From assembly GCA_964188305.1 (NCBI GenBank), contig OZ076889.1: 64,000 nt of DNA; one strand, 5' to 3'. Source of the stretch: Podarcis bocagei (Eukaryota). The first letter of the stretch is position 1; the number at the start of each line of letters is the position of its first letter. Of the stretch, positions 39,745 to 52,176 are shown piece by piece. Below the pieces are notes generated by a model. The model worked only from the letters and a program-made list of their open reading frames with translations. It made no database searches and was not told where the DNA came from. Both the position numbers and the translations under genes were made by a program.

Positions 39745-40864
39745 TATATTTTAAGTCCACAGAATTTTTGCCTTTTTTGGCAGGCAGTACACATTTACAG
39801 GGAGGAATGTGTAGGTTCCTATTTGATATGCACATGTACCATTTAGACCTCATCTGAAAGGAAGGAAAGGTTTTGGAAGAGAAAGGTAGTTCAGACTTAG
39901 GGTCTGCTTTGTGCAGATTGTTGCTGCTAGCAAGATGACAGTTTGCTGGTGTGTTTATTCACTGCACTAGGGTTATACTGTCCTAAGTACTTGTGTGCCA
40001 CTGAATCAAGCCTTAACATTATGATTCGGTGGCAGAAGAGAGTTACCATGGGAATGATTAGCTTTTACTATATACGTTACTGAATGATAATAGGTTCCAG
40101 AAAAGAATGAGTGGTTTGTATCCTTGTGGCCCAAAAGTATGAGAAATGGAAGGAAGTACACAGCAGGTTTAGACAGATATACTTTATAGAGGTGGCATTT
40201 GATGTTATGAGTACTAATTTGATGCAGAACTGGCACAGGAACAGAACAGTAGCAGCAGCAACAGGTAAAAATAACTTGTGTTTACTTTTGTATAAAATCT
40301 AAATTCCCCCTCACATATACAGATGTTGCTGATGTTAGACTAAGATTTCATTTTGACCCACTGTTAAGCGACAAATATTTCTCAATTAATGTCTTATTGT
40401 ATGGATGCTTGCTTAGTCTCATCACCTTGCGTATCTGATTTGCCCAGATCTAAATTTCAGAGATTTTTTTAAAAAAATAAGTATTCCACAATGTGCAAAG
40501 AACTGCAACATTACTGAATGCAAAATATAGTATTGGGCACCAATTTTAGGATTCTCGCAATTACTGCTTTCATTTTCTTTTTGCTGTTGCCGGAGTCTAG
40601 CAGCATCTTGTCGCCGTTAAATAAATGCTATGTTTGGTAGGTAAGAGAAGATTTCAATCCCGAATTACCATCTGTATGAACTTGCCACAGTTATGGACCT
40701 GCCTCACAGTTCATCCGAAGCTCTTCTTTGAGTTTCCTTAACTTCCAAGTACAGTAATCACTTGCAGAGAGAGGGCCTTTTCTTTGATTGTGTCTTGAGT
40801 AGGGCTTTGAGGATTTCATTTGTAGTATTATTGCCTTGGGAGGGTGGTGACTGTCTGCCTACAC

Positions 40865-41190
40865 CAGGGGTCAGCAAACTTTTTCAGCAGAGGGCCGGTC
40901 CACCGTCCCTCAGACCATGTGGTGGCCTGGGCTATATTTATTGGGGGAGGGGGGAATGAACGAATTCCTATGCCCCACAAATAACCCAGAGATGCATTTT
41001 AAATAAAAGCACACATTCTACTCATGTAAAAACAACAGACAGGCTCCATAAATAACCCAGAGATGCATTTGAAATAGAAGGACACATTCTACTCCAATAA
41101 AAACACACTAATTTGCAGACCATCCGCGGGCCGAATTTAGAAGGCGATTGGGCCGGATCCGGCCCCTGGGCCTTAGTTTGCCTACCCATG
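40865..41190. mobile_element. hAT (Charlie-like) MITE with an internal ~70-bp tandem duplication
   Basis: caggggtcagcaaact / agtttgcctacccatg termini; 8-bp TSD gcctacac / gcctacat; aaataacccagagatgcattt occurs twice. Confidence 0.88.
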
Positions 41191-44100
41191 GCCTACATTG
41201 ATATATTGACTACCAAAACTACTTTAATTAGTGTTTTAAACTGCTTTTTTATCATATACTGATACACACCACTATCTTCTGGTATTTTACAATATTGTTT
41301 TTGATGTTTTTCTGACTTTATTTTTGGGCAGTTTTGGATGCCAGTTTCCAATCTGAATAAGACTACCCAGCATTTCATATTTTTGAAATACAGGTTATAT
41401 CTTTGTCTGATGATATGTTGTTTTTTAAAAGAAATATAAGATGTAAATAAGCATACCTGTCAGCTGCCCCGTTTTAACCAGGACTTCCTGGAATCACAGA
41501 AACCAGTACAACACACACAACACACACACACACACACGGATATGGGTTGACTATAAATTGTCAATATGGGAAAAAATCAGTAACTGACCCTTGGCCTGTG
41601 GTATAAATCTTTATGGAACACTACTGTCCTGGAGAAAACAACTCATCAATTAAAGCCAATGTAAGGACAACAAACTCCAGACTCGTTTTATATGGTTTGG
41701 TGTTTATTAGACAAACATCTATAGCAAACTTTAAAAGGCATCCATCTGTGTGTTACCAACAAATCTGGAAGGACATTTGATTTGCCTAATTGCGTATCTT
41801 GTTTATGGCATCTGTCTTTATCCTCCTAATTTATGTTTTGATGTATGAATTGTAATTCCCTGGATAGGTAGACAGAGACTTTCTTTGGAACTTAAAAAGG
41901 AGAACATGGAAATCTTTGTTATGGCATATTCCTCAGATATATGTTCAGTTTCGACTAGTTTTATTCCCAGGCATATTATTGCTATTGATCTGGAGTTCCA
42001 ATATGCATGCCAGTTTGTGTAAGAACTCTGCATTCATTCCCAGTTTCTGCCATCTTTTCAGTGCCACCCTCACATACATCAATACTGCGTGCAAAGAGAT
42101 TTCCTCCTTTGTGCATTGATTGAAGTGAATGGGATAATCCTTGATCACAAAGAGCCTTGTTTCACAGCCTTTGAGGCTGGAGACAGGTGATAGTTTGAGT
42201 TGAATCATGCCATGATGGCAGCATCATTGCCCAAGATGTGAACTCTAATTTCACTATTACCTCAGGGTTTGAAGGATTTTCCAGTGCTTTGAAAACTTGT
42301 TACAAATTTGTTTTGCTTTGGTTTCTTTGCAGAGGCAGGCAGACAAAAGTATTGAGTGTTCACACCGCATCACACAGTAGGTCTGATTTATACCTTCTTG
42401 AAAAATAAAATCGATCTCCAGCCTGTAGGAATATGTGAAAATTGTTGGGTTAGGGCACACATAGAACCAGGGGTGGCATCAGCATCCTCAGGTGGCTACC
42501 AAGGCTCTACCACCCTTGTGTGGCCTCCACGGACCAGCCCTGGGTCTTCCATGTGAAGTGGCAGTCTCTGTGAACTGCCTGCCATTTTACTTTCCTGCAG
42601 GGTCCATGATGTAGCATCACTCTTAGTGGGAAATTAAAATGGCGGTCTGCTCACAGATTAGATTTGGCTCTACCTTGTAGGATGAAGAATGACGCTGTGC
42701 TCTGAAGAGATGAAGCTATATGCAAGGATGACGCCAACTACATTTCTGACATGCACATCAAGAGGAACATAAACACAAAACTTTAAATGTGATTTACTCT
42801 CAAAGTTAACATCTCACATTCAAACAGCATTAGGAATTATTAGCTGTTTTGGGGTGAATAAATCCAGTGTTTTCCAAAACGAATAAAAGGAAACATTGTG
42901 GTGCATATACATATTGTATGACGTCTTTAGTATTCCAGAGTGAGTTAGCAACAAACATCTAGTATGCCATATGCCCTTTAAATCTGAAAGGCCACCTGCC
43001 AACTCATTCCCACTTTCCCCTCTTTGGGTTATCAGATGCATATAAATTAGTGTATTCCTGGGATAAGCCAGAAATAGGCATGCTATCTGCAGTGAAAAAA
43101 TATACTTCTATTGTGAGGAGTCTCAGTGCAACTCCTGTATTTTGATATTGTTATTCAAATCTGAAAGGTCAGTCCTCACAACTGCAATGTTATATAGACA
43201 GAAGCAAGAGAGAGTGTGTATGTGTGTGTGTGTACACACACATACACACACAAATGGAAACTTGTTCGTGGTTGAGCATATATTTTTAGATGGCACATAA
43301 ATATATGTTTGACCATCTATTGATTTGATCAATAGCTAATTGCTGAGATTAGTTCTAGTGACCTGCAAAAAAAAGGTAGTAGTGAGAGCAAATTAATCAA
43401 TGGTATGTCTATCTATCACATTTTAGCAAAGAGTAACTGCAACCTACCTCTAATGCAACTAAGACTGTGTTATACATGTGTACAGGGTTGACACACATGT
43501 TGATTGCTTTCATATAGCCAGAAAAGCTATCTAACAGTATAGTAGATGGATGGAGAAAGGGAGAGTTTATGGTTTATGTATCCCCCACACACGGGTGGTT
43601 ACGCCTTGGGCCTATTAATATAAATGAAATAATCCTATCTGGTCCATTGTGAAATTGTATTGTGGGGAAGGATGGGGTATTTATTGCTTCAGCACTTTAA
43701 TAGAAAGTGCATAGGGTACAGTTGGAGTTATCCCTCTATATAATGGACTATTTAATTCCTTATTCTAACACTTCAGGTGATGTTTAATTGCATTGCATTT
43801 CCTGATCATTTACTTACGATCTTTCACCCCCCTTTTTTTGTTCAGAGAATTGAACAATGTTTTCCATTCCTGTGCCAAATACGAAGCATAACATATTCAA
43901 TTTGCAGTTTTATTAAGAGTATGTTCCTTTGTGTTTGTATCAGCTTTCTTCTTGAGCACTGGGTTTCATGAAGGTAAATACGTTGAGCTGAGTTATATAA
44001 GGGTCTATTCTTGACCAAAATTCAACATCTGATATATGCCTCGCCATGAATTCGGTTCATCCAGTTCTAACTAACCGCTGTAGCAGCAGCACATTCTTAG

Positions 44101-46042
44101 TCTAAACAATAATCCATTCTTACTGGTCCTTATGCCTGGAACCATCTCAAAGAACACTGGATTCTTCTTATTTAGGATCCTGGAGAATGATGTTTTGTTG
44201 ACATTTTTCAGTGAACCAAACTGATTCACCCTTACCAAACTAACAGATAGATGAGAAGGCACTTACCCTTTGGGTTGTGCTCTTCTTTGATCCCCCACCC
44301 CCAGTACAGCTCATGGCTCAAAAAATGCTTGGCTATCTACCTAAATCAGTGTAACGGAAAAATCCTAGGTGTGCTTAATGTGACAGGAGAGTCCACCTTT
44401 ACATTTTCTTAATCTTTTCAAAGGTTGCTTTGTCAACAGTAACATATAGAAGCATAGTTCTATGAATTCAGTGGTGCTGTCCTACTTGTCTTTCATTGAT
44501 ATATCATAAAGTTCCCTGTAATTCCGCAGTCATTTCATCCAGTATTTTAGACTGTTTGACAAACATTAATAAATCAATAACAAAGTTCAGTCTCTCCTCA
44601 AAGATAGCAATTATCTCTGTAGTCCACAAACCAGTTGAACTTCGATGCTTCGATTCTGAATGTCTAAAGCCCATTAATTAAGCCTATTTCAAGTCCCAAC
44701 TACTTAACTGGTTTGTGGCTGGCACAGAAATCTTAAATGACTTCATTTTATACAAGTTCTTAAATTGGTTGCAGAAGTGGAGGAGCAATCTCACAATGCA
44801 GCTGCATAGGCAACTTTCTAGTCAAAGTGTTATAGGCATGTTCCATAGCAAAACCTTTGTTTTCATTTGTGCTACAGCTACGATAATCAAAGAAAAACAT
44901 ACTGGAAAATGGCACCAACCACAAAACATTTGATGGATAATAAAACCTCTTTGATCCTAGGGAGGTACTCATTCACACAATTCAAATTTAGGACCTCTTT
45001 ATGTTAGCATTTTTATGATTCAGTACTAATATGGGGTCAGATATGTGCATTGCATAATGTATAGCCTTCCACAGTAATACATACCAATTTGTGCGTTTTC
45101 CTTTCTTCTCAAGTGCATGTCAAATGTCTGTCATATTTACAATGGTCATGCAATCTCTGGAATCCATACTAGGAAAGTGTTCTAACTGAACACCTGGCAG
45201 ACTGACAACACAGCAGTTTGAACCAGCATCTATAATAATAGCTTCACAATTATTCATCCAAATGATCGCTTGTAACATTTTCATAACCGCATGGCTGTTT
45301 CACATATTTCTTGGAGCAAGCATTGAGCACCATCACATAATTCACTGAACTCTCAGGCCACCTAGTGTGAAACAATAAAGTGATGGCAACTGGTAAACGC
45401 CTACTTAAATATAATTCATCACCATGTAATAAGAAAAGTGCAATTGACTAGCAGAGATGTTCTGAAATGTACTAAAATAACTCTTGCATGCCAAAGCTCT
45501 GAATTGTTAGATTTCTAAAATGTCATGGCTCATGATCAACCTTTGTATTCAGAAAAGGCCATTGATGCTGCAGTGCTATGGACACTTACCTGAGATAAAC
45601 CTCATTGGCCTCAGTGGGATTCATTTCTGAGCAGACATTTGCAGGATTGTGCAATGAGCAAGTCTTAGCCATGAAAGTGAAAAGCCAGTGATTTGAGCTT
45701 TGGCTTTTGAAAGGGGAAACCAAGGTTCAAATCTCTGCTCAGGGATCCTTCATCTTATCCACATTGTTGTGAAGATGAAAGTGAGAAACACCGGGCTGGG
45801 GTGGAGGGGAGCTAACCCATAAAGGACACACACCCTGCAGCTCCAAGCAGATCAGCTGAGGTTATTGCTCCTTCTCATTCATCAAGTGATTCAGCTGATA
45901 ATAAAGGAGGGGTAGTTTGCAACCTCACCCAACCACTAAACTTCTCTGACACTCTCCACCAATATGGGCTGTGTCTATTTCAATTGTTTCCTTTCCGCTG
46001 CCATCTTGGGATGGCCAGACACTGGGGGCAAGCATCCCTGAT

Positions 46043-46390
46043 TAGGGATGGGGTAGAAAATTGATTCAGTTTATGTTTAAAGCCAAATCTACATAATTCT
46101 CACTTTCTGAAACAATACAGGAGCTGAAACACAGCCATCCTTTGAAATTCACACTTTTCTGAATATTGTGATGCAGTTATATTGGTGAAACTGCTTGCAC
46201 AAATATGTACATTTGCCAAAACTGCACACAATAAAAGTGTTTATTAGAAGAAATTCACACTAGAATGCTTATGCATTTTAATGAAGATTAAAACAACAAT
46301 GACAATTTGCTGCAGAAATGTGAAGAACTGAATTTAAGACTGGAAAAGTTAGGAATTGAGAGAACCCAATTTGAGGGTTCTCAACCCTTG
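46043..46390. mobile_element. Degenerate non-autonomous DNA-transposon-like repeat
   Basis: tagggatgg...tcaaccctt ends; related reverse fragment at ~52478-52560. Confidence 0.55.
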
Positions 46391-48915
46391 ATGTCCACTA
46401 ATGCCTTGAGCTTCCTGAAGGAAGGGTGAGGATTATTGTTATATTTGGAGCTCTTCAAATATAACAATATCCTTACCCTACAATGATCAGTATCACGGTA
46501 CTTTCAGATCGAAAAAGTCATAGTTTTTCACTCCTATGAGTTTAAAACACACACACAAATGCTTAGAACCCATAAATTGCTCAAACATCATCATTTTCTT
46601 CTTGAAAAAAAAATCAGAAGGCAATAGGAGCAATCTGGATATTTGGGAAAACCTAATCCATTGGAGATGGTTGTAATTGCTACAAAATTGCATCTGAAAC
46701 TAATTCGTACATGCTCAGATAAATGAAAGAGAATTACATTTCCCATTTCTCTTTTGTACAAAGGAGAGAGATGACATCCGCCTCCTTTAAATATTTGGTT
46801 TTTTTCCTTAGGTTTTGATCCTCCTTTGAAATTTGCTAATCAAGGGCCTTGTTAAAAGTAGAAGACTTCATGCTTGAAATCCTATGGAGCTTTAGTCGAG
46901 ACATTAATTTTAAACAGACCCTCAGAGTACTCCTACTTTGCTTCGCCTGTTACAATATTGTCTGTAGAGAGGACCAGCAATCACACCTAAACTCTTTTTT
47001 TGAAAAATAAAAATGTTCAGCAGATAAGCTCCCAGAGCTGGTTAAAAGTACCACCCTTCTTTCACTCATGCTGGCAACACAGGTCACTGGCTTGGAACAA
47101 TTAGCTATTAAAACAATTGAATGAACCATACCTGATCAGCCTCTTGTCAACGAAGAGTGTTGACACATGCTGTGCTCTAAGAATAACCAAAGGCTTTGTT
47201 CATCCTATTAGTTCCCACTCTGACTTTGGTGTGCTGATGCATTCATACTCAGCCATAGATTCTTAAGACTGTTTACCTCTACCGACTCAAGAGAGTCCTT
47301 CAAAATATCAATGGAAGAAAGCATTATTAGCTTTCTGTTCCTCTGTTATATTTTATTGCTTGCATAGCTTTGGAGTCTTGTGGGGATGGGGAAAGGGAAG
47401 AGACTAACAGAAGATTCATCTAATACACTTCTGCCTACTACAGTGCAGGTGGAGGAGACCTCTAGCAATTTCTTTTTGAAGTCATGTTGGCAAATATTCT
47501 TACATTGTTATGTAGTGACTATATAGCACCTTCGTTCTTGCTGCGTTGCATTCCATTCTTGTGCTAACTACACATGGACGAGCTCATTTATGTCATGCAG
47601 CACAAGTAGACCTTGCAGTCTATTGCAAATAATATCACATTTTCCCAGTATAAGCAACTGTCTGCAGCACAAGTGTGCAGACATTGTACTGATTAATGTT
47701 CTGCCTTTTAATAGAGATGGAGCTATGGAGCAGGAGTCTTTGTTTGTGAACTCTTCCGCGTACTGAGGGTCATGCCCCTTTGATCCACTATCCACCTGCA
47801 TTCATGATGTTCAACATTTATGGGTTTATGGTGGCAGCAATCTGTGACTGATGTTGCCCTCCTTCTACATATGAAGAAGAGGCCTTCCTTGGACAGCAGA
47901 AAAGAATCTTTATGTCTTAAAAATATGCTGGAATACACATACACCCCAGGAGTGTTTTCCCAGTATAAACAAATGTCTGCTGTAAGGCCCCCAAATGGGA
48001 CACCAAATCCAAAACTGCACTGTTTCCTAGTGAGATGGCCACAAACCTGAGAAATGGAGCAGCAAGAAAGAACTAACTGGCTCCTCCATTTTTCCACTTG
48101 GGCCAGCAGAAGCTTACAGGACTAAGATGCAATGCAGAATCCGCCAGTCCACTTTCTGCCCCAGTTAGGATTGCCCTTCCGTTTGTGAAAGTTGATAGGC
48201 AGGCATTATTGTTGAGTTTGTAGAAGTAACATTTCTTCAATGTGCTAAGGGATTCTAACGGGTAGGGTTAACATTTTTTGCCATTATTAACATCATAGCT
48301 CATGTCATTCTCATCGTTTTGCTGCTGTTGGCAGCTTTTGCAAGATTGATCAACAATGAGAAGGAGTTGTAGGCTGTGATTCACGATATTTAATTGTGTC
48401 ACTCTTTCTTTCCACGCTAGGGGAAGCCCTTAATAATGAATGCATTTTCAAGGCCTTGTGGCCTACTTTTCTTTGTTCTAGTGTCAGTTGAGACACGCTT
48501 ATCGTCAATGTATTGCTGATATGGCATGATGAAATCTTCAAAGCTCCCAAATAATCACTTAATTGTACTAGCTTTAATAACAAGAGATAACCTTATTTCT
48601 CCTATATTGATGCTGTTTTCATAGACTTCATTGAGATTACGAATACCACATTAATCTGCCAGGTGAGATTTCCAATCTGGATATTATAGACAATCATCCT
48701 GAATCTTGCTCATGAACAATTCTATCTGATTTACTTTTCATCAGGAAAAACATAATCAGCATCTGGATGAACATACTCTTGGAAAAGCTAGGTAAGTGGA
48801 AGGGAAAAAACAGAGATTCACAGTGCATAGGAATTCACATTTGATTGTGGATTAATTTAGTGTTGCATCATTCTCAATGAGATAGAGGCACATCCTTCTT
48901 CAGAAGCAGCCAAAC

Positions 48916-49050
48916 CAGTGTTTTTTTTCAGTTGGAACTTGCCAGAACTCACTTCCGGCACCTCTCAGGTGGGCGCCATTGCCGTTATAAGAGAACAAGG
49001 GAGGCATTCATGGTCAGTTCCAGCACCTATTTTTCTAGAAAATAGCACTG
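48916..49050. mobile_element. hAT MITE
   Basis: cagtgttttttt / aaaatagcactg termini; 8-bp flanks agccaaac / agcacaac (6/8). Confidence 0.75.
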
Positions 49051-50159
49051 AGCACAACTAACCATGTGTATATGTGGAACATAAGTAAGCAAAGCAACTA
49101 TTGGTTGTGTTGGGGTAACAGGCAAGGAAATATAAAAAAGAAATAAAAATCTTTAAAGAATTTTTTGCTGTACGTCTGGGTTTCCCCAGACATTCCAGTG
49201 ATTTCTGAGGGCCGAATCCCAGCTATGTACAGGAAATTACACACATATGGAAGCCCTAGCAAGGATCAAGCAGGCAGTTAAAACACAACAGTCCTTTATT
49301 GTTATAAATCTGGCTGAACTCCACTACAACCCACTGCAGCAAACAGCTACAGGAATATGACCAAAGTCCCCAAAGTAGTAACAATGAACCACAGCACCTC
49401 CTGGCATTTCCAGAATGTGCCCATGTGGTTTCAGATTGTTCTTCTTGCCTTCTCAAACTGTGCATAGGATAGTGGATCCAGATAAGGCAACAAAATAGAA
49501 TGAAAATTGTGTAACAGCCAACAACATTGTGCAGGCCTTTGTACACCTGAAAGGTTGCTAAGCTTGTGCAGCCTGCCACTAGAATGTGATCAGTTCCACA
49601 ACTACCTTTTATTTTTGGTGGTGGTTGAAAATTATTATTATTTATTAAATTTGCATACTGCCCTTCATCTGAAGATCACAGCAAAGTTCACAAAATAAAA
49701 AAATGAATAATAGGAAGAAAAACAAAAACAAACATATAACCCCCCACATAACAAGAATGGATTGAAGGGTTTATTTTATTTTTTTCTGAAAAGTAAAGTT
49801 ATCATGAAATATTCAGACTTCTTATCATTATCTGGAATAATGGACAAATTTAGACATCTCTTGACACTGTAACCTAAATGCAGGAATGCATGGTAATTTT
49901 TTCTTTTGAAAGGTTGACAATAGAAAGCTACCATAAAATCATGGTCCCTTCAGCCAAATTGATGGTTGCTATGTTTAAACCATCCATGGTGGATATCTAA
50001 GTTGGGGGTTCATTTTGTCCAGCAACATTTGAAGATGAAAATCCTTCTTCCAGGTACCTAATCCTTAACAAGTCAGTCAGCAGGCCAGATAGTTCAAATT
50101 CTAGTCTACCCCTTCCTATTGTTAGATGCAAATACAAGTACCTTGCTGAACTGCTGAGG

Positions 50160-50312
50160 AAGGACCACTGCTCAGTGATAGCCATACCTTTTCATGCAAA
50201 TGAGCCCAGATTCAATCCAAGGCATCCCTAAGAGGTCTGGGGAAGACCTTTGTCAACTAAGATAGGTGGGGCAATAGTCTGATTCCCTATAAGGCACCTT
50301 CCTATTTTCCTT
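50160..50312 (+). mobile_element. Degenerate tRNA-derived squamate SINE (Squam3-like)
   Basis: gctcagtgatag A-box-like, agattcaatcc B-box-like, tail tataaggcaccttcctattttcc. Confidence 0.6.
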
Positions 50313-52119
50313 TAATTTCTAGAATGGACTTCAGTTTATTCCCATAGCAGCAAACATCTCTCTCTTACAGAAGATAGTTAGATCTCTTGGTCTTCATTGT
50401 TCCCTTTCTTCCCAATTGTTTGGGGATTTTTCTATCACATATAAAGACAGGATGTGTATTATGTGTGTATATACAGAGAGATGGAGAGGAACAGAGAGAG
50501 AAAGCGAGCGAACAGTTTTTTGTGTAAAACATGTTGGATCTTGAATAGCATTCCCCACCCTTACCCCAGAAATTTCAGAAACAATAGATGTAGCAAAATG
50601 GGAGAGAGAGAAATACATCTTTTCTCTAGCATAAACTGTATAGTTGTTTAATTATATTTACCAATGTAAAAAAAGAAAGAAAAAAGACATGTAATGAAAA
50701 GACAGAGAGGGTTCCAATGCCCATATTTAATAGATCTCTTCAGAAAAACAAGGTATAGTCTTGTATCCATGACAACCAAGTTCCTAAGAGCCATGAGTAA
50801 GTGAGGAAGTACTATTTAAAACTGGCATGGAGTTGTAAGTGAAAAAATTATGAATGTATAAGCATCTTTTGTATTACTTCTACAATTGTTGCATTGGGCT
50901 TAAGTCCAACACTCATTGGGCTAACGTATTCTTCACTCTGTGTTGGATTGTTACCTAATTAAATACTAGTCATTTAGATCCAACATGTTTCAGATCTGCT
51001 AACAGTCAATCCATTTTTTAATTTTATTTATTTGGATTCCAAACATCACCTGACACTATCATATGTGCATAGAGTGATTTCTTAAGCATCAGACTGGGAA
51101 GGTCCAGCAGTCATCTTGCTCAGCCAATTGTATAACTGCAGGACAAGTCATATGTTCCAGTAACTGATGATCATAGAGTTGAAACCTGTAGTCTGACAGG
51201 CCATAACTCTGAGGGGAAAACACATGTTTTGCATGCATAACATCCCATTCAGTCTCTGGAATACACAGCTGAAGTGTGTTACCAAATGAGTTTTATGTCA
51301 TAATCTTTTAAATACTGGTACTTGGGGGAGGGGGAGAAAGAGAAATCAATAAATACCGGTAGATGTTTAAATCAGAAAACTAAGTGACACAGCAATATGC
51401 ATAAAATAAAAACGGCAGCTTAAACGCACTTCAAAACTGAGCATTTTTCCTCTGGCCAAAGTAGCAGCTCAGTTCAAACATTTGGGTTTGAAGAAGGATC
51501 TTGTCTGTCAAGTGTCAAATCAGAGGGAGCTTTTATGGAAGAACTAATGTAATTATGTAATGCTGAAAAAATAGTTTGTAATGGAATTGTTGGCACGACC
51601 TTAACTGTAAGGGTGTGGACAAGAAGCTCTTATGTATTTCTTGAAATGAATGAAAGAATGCAAGATCCTTTTTAATACTTCAGGCTGTCAGACCCACTCA
51701 AGATTAGGACGGTTAATACCAGCGATCCATCAAAGCCATAGATAGCTCTGCTGGGTGTTCTTATCACTCTAGCAGCCTCGGAGCTCATAGGTAGTTTAAA
51801 CGAGACTGCTATATGCATTGTGTCATCAGTAAGGGAGCCTAAACCGAGTGGTCCCTTTCTCAGAGGTGGAATATGATGCCGACTGAAATTCGTCCTCATC
51901 TTACTAGGTGCTGGCAGAATTTAAGGGAATTTCACTTGGTGCTTTTCCTTCAGCAAAGGAGGACAGCATTTGAAAGGAAACATGGTTTTCTTATACAAAG
52001 CCTTTGTCTGGCTTTCGCTGCTCTCGGTTCCTGCATCTCTCTTTAAAGGCTGTTACTTCCTCAAGCCTATAAGCAACTCTAAACAATACCTTCCATCGCC
52101 ACCCCTTCCTTTTTATTCA

Positions 52120-52124
<5 letters not shown>

Positions 52125-52174
<50 letters not shown>
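52125..52174. repeat. (CT)n microsatellite
   Basis: Direct observation. Confidence 0.98.

Positions 52175-52176
<2 letters not shown>

Noticed and set aside
40975-41110. CRISPR-like direct repeats
   Set aside because: Only two ~70-bp tandem units inside a hAT MITE, in a vertebrate genome.
43214-43252. (GT)n/(AC)n palindrome
   Set aside because: An ordinary inverted microsatellite with offset arms.
43880-43965. QEE-ADT and FGTG motifs on the minus strand suggesting a PIN/XPG-like nuclease
   Set aside because: The motifs require frameshifts, the spacing is too short, and an alternative frame reads equally well.
47520-47710. Possible Cys-rich transposase C-terminus on the plus strand (ANY..W, CTD*C fragments)
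   Set aside because: It needs several assumed frameshifts and lies on the opposite strand to the neighbouring candidate fossils.
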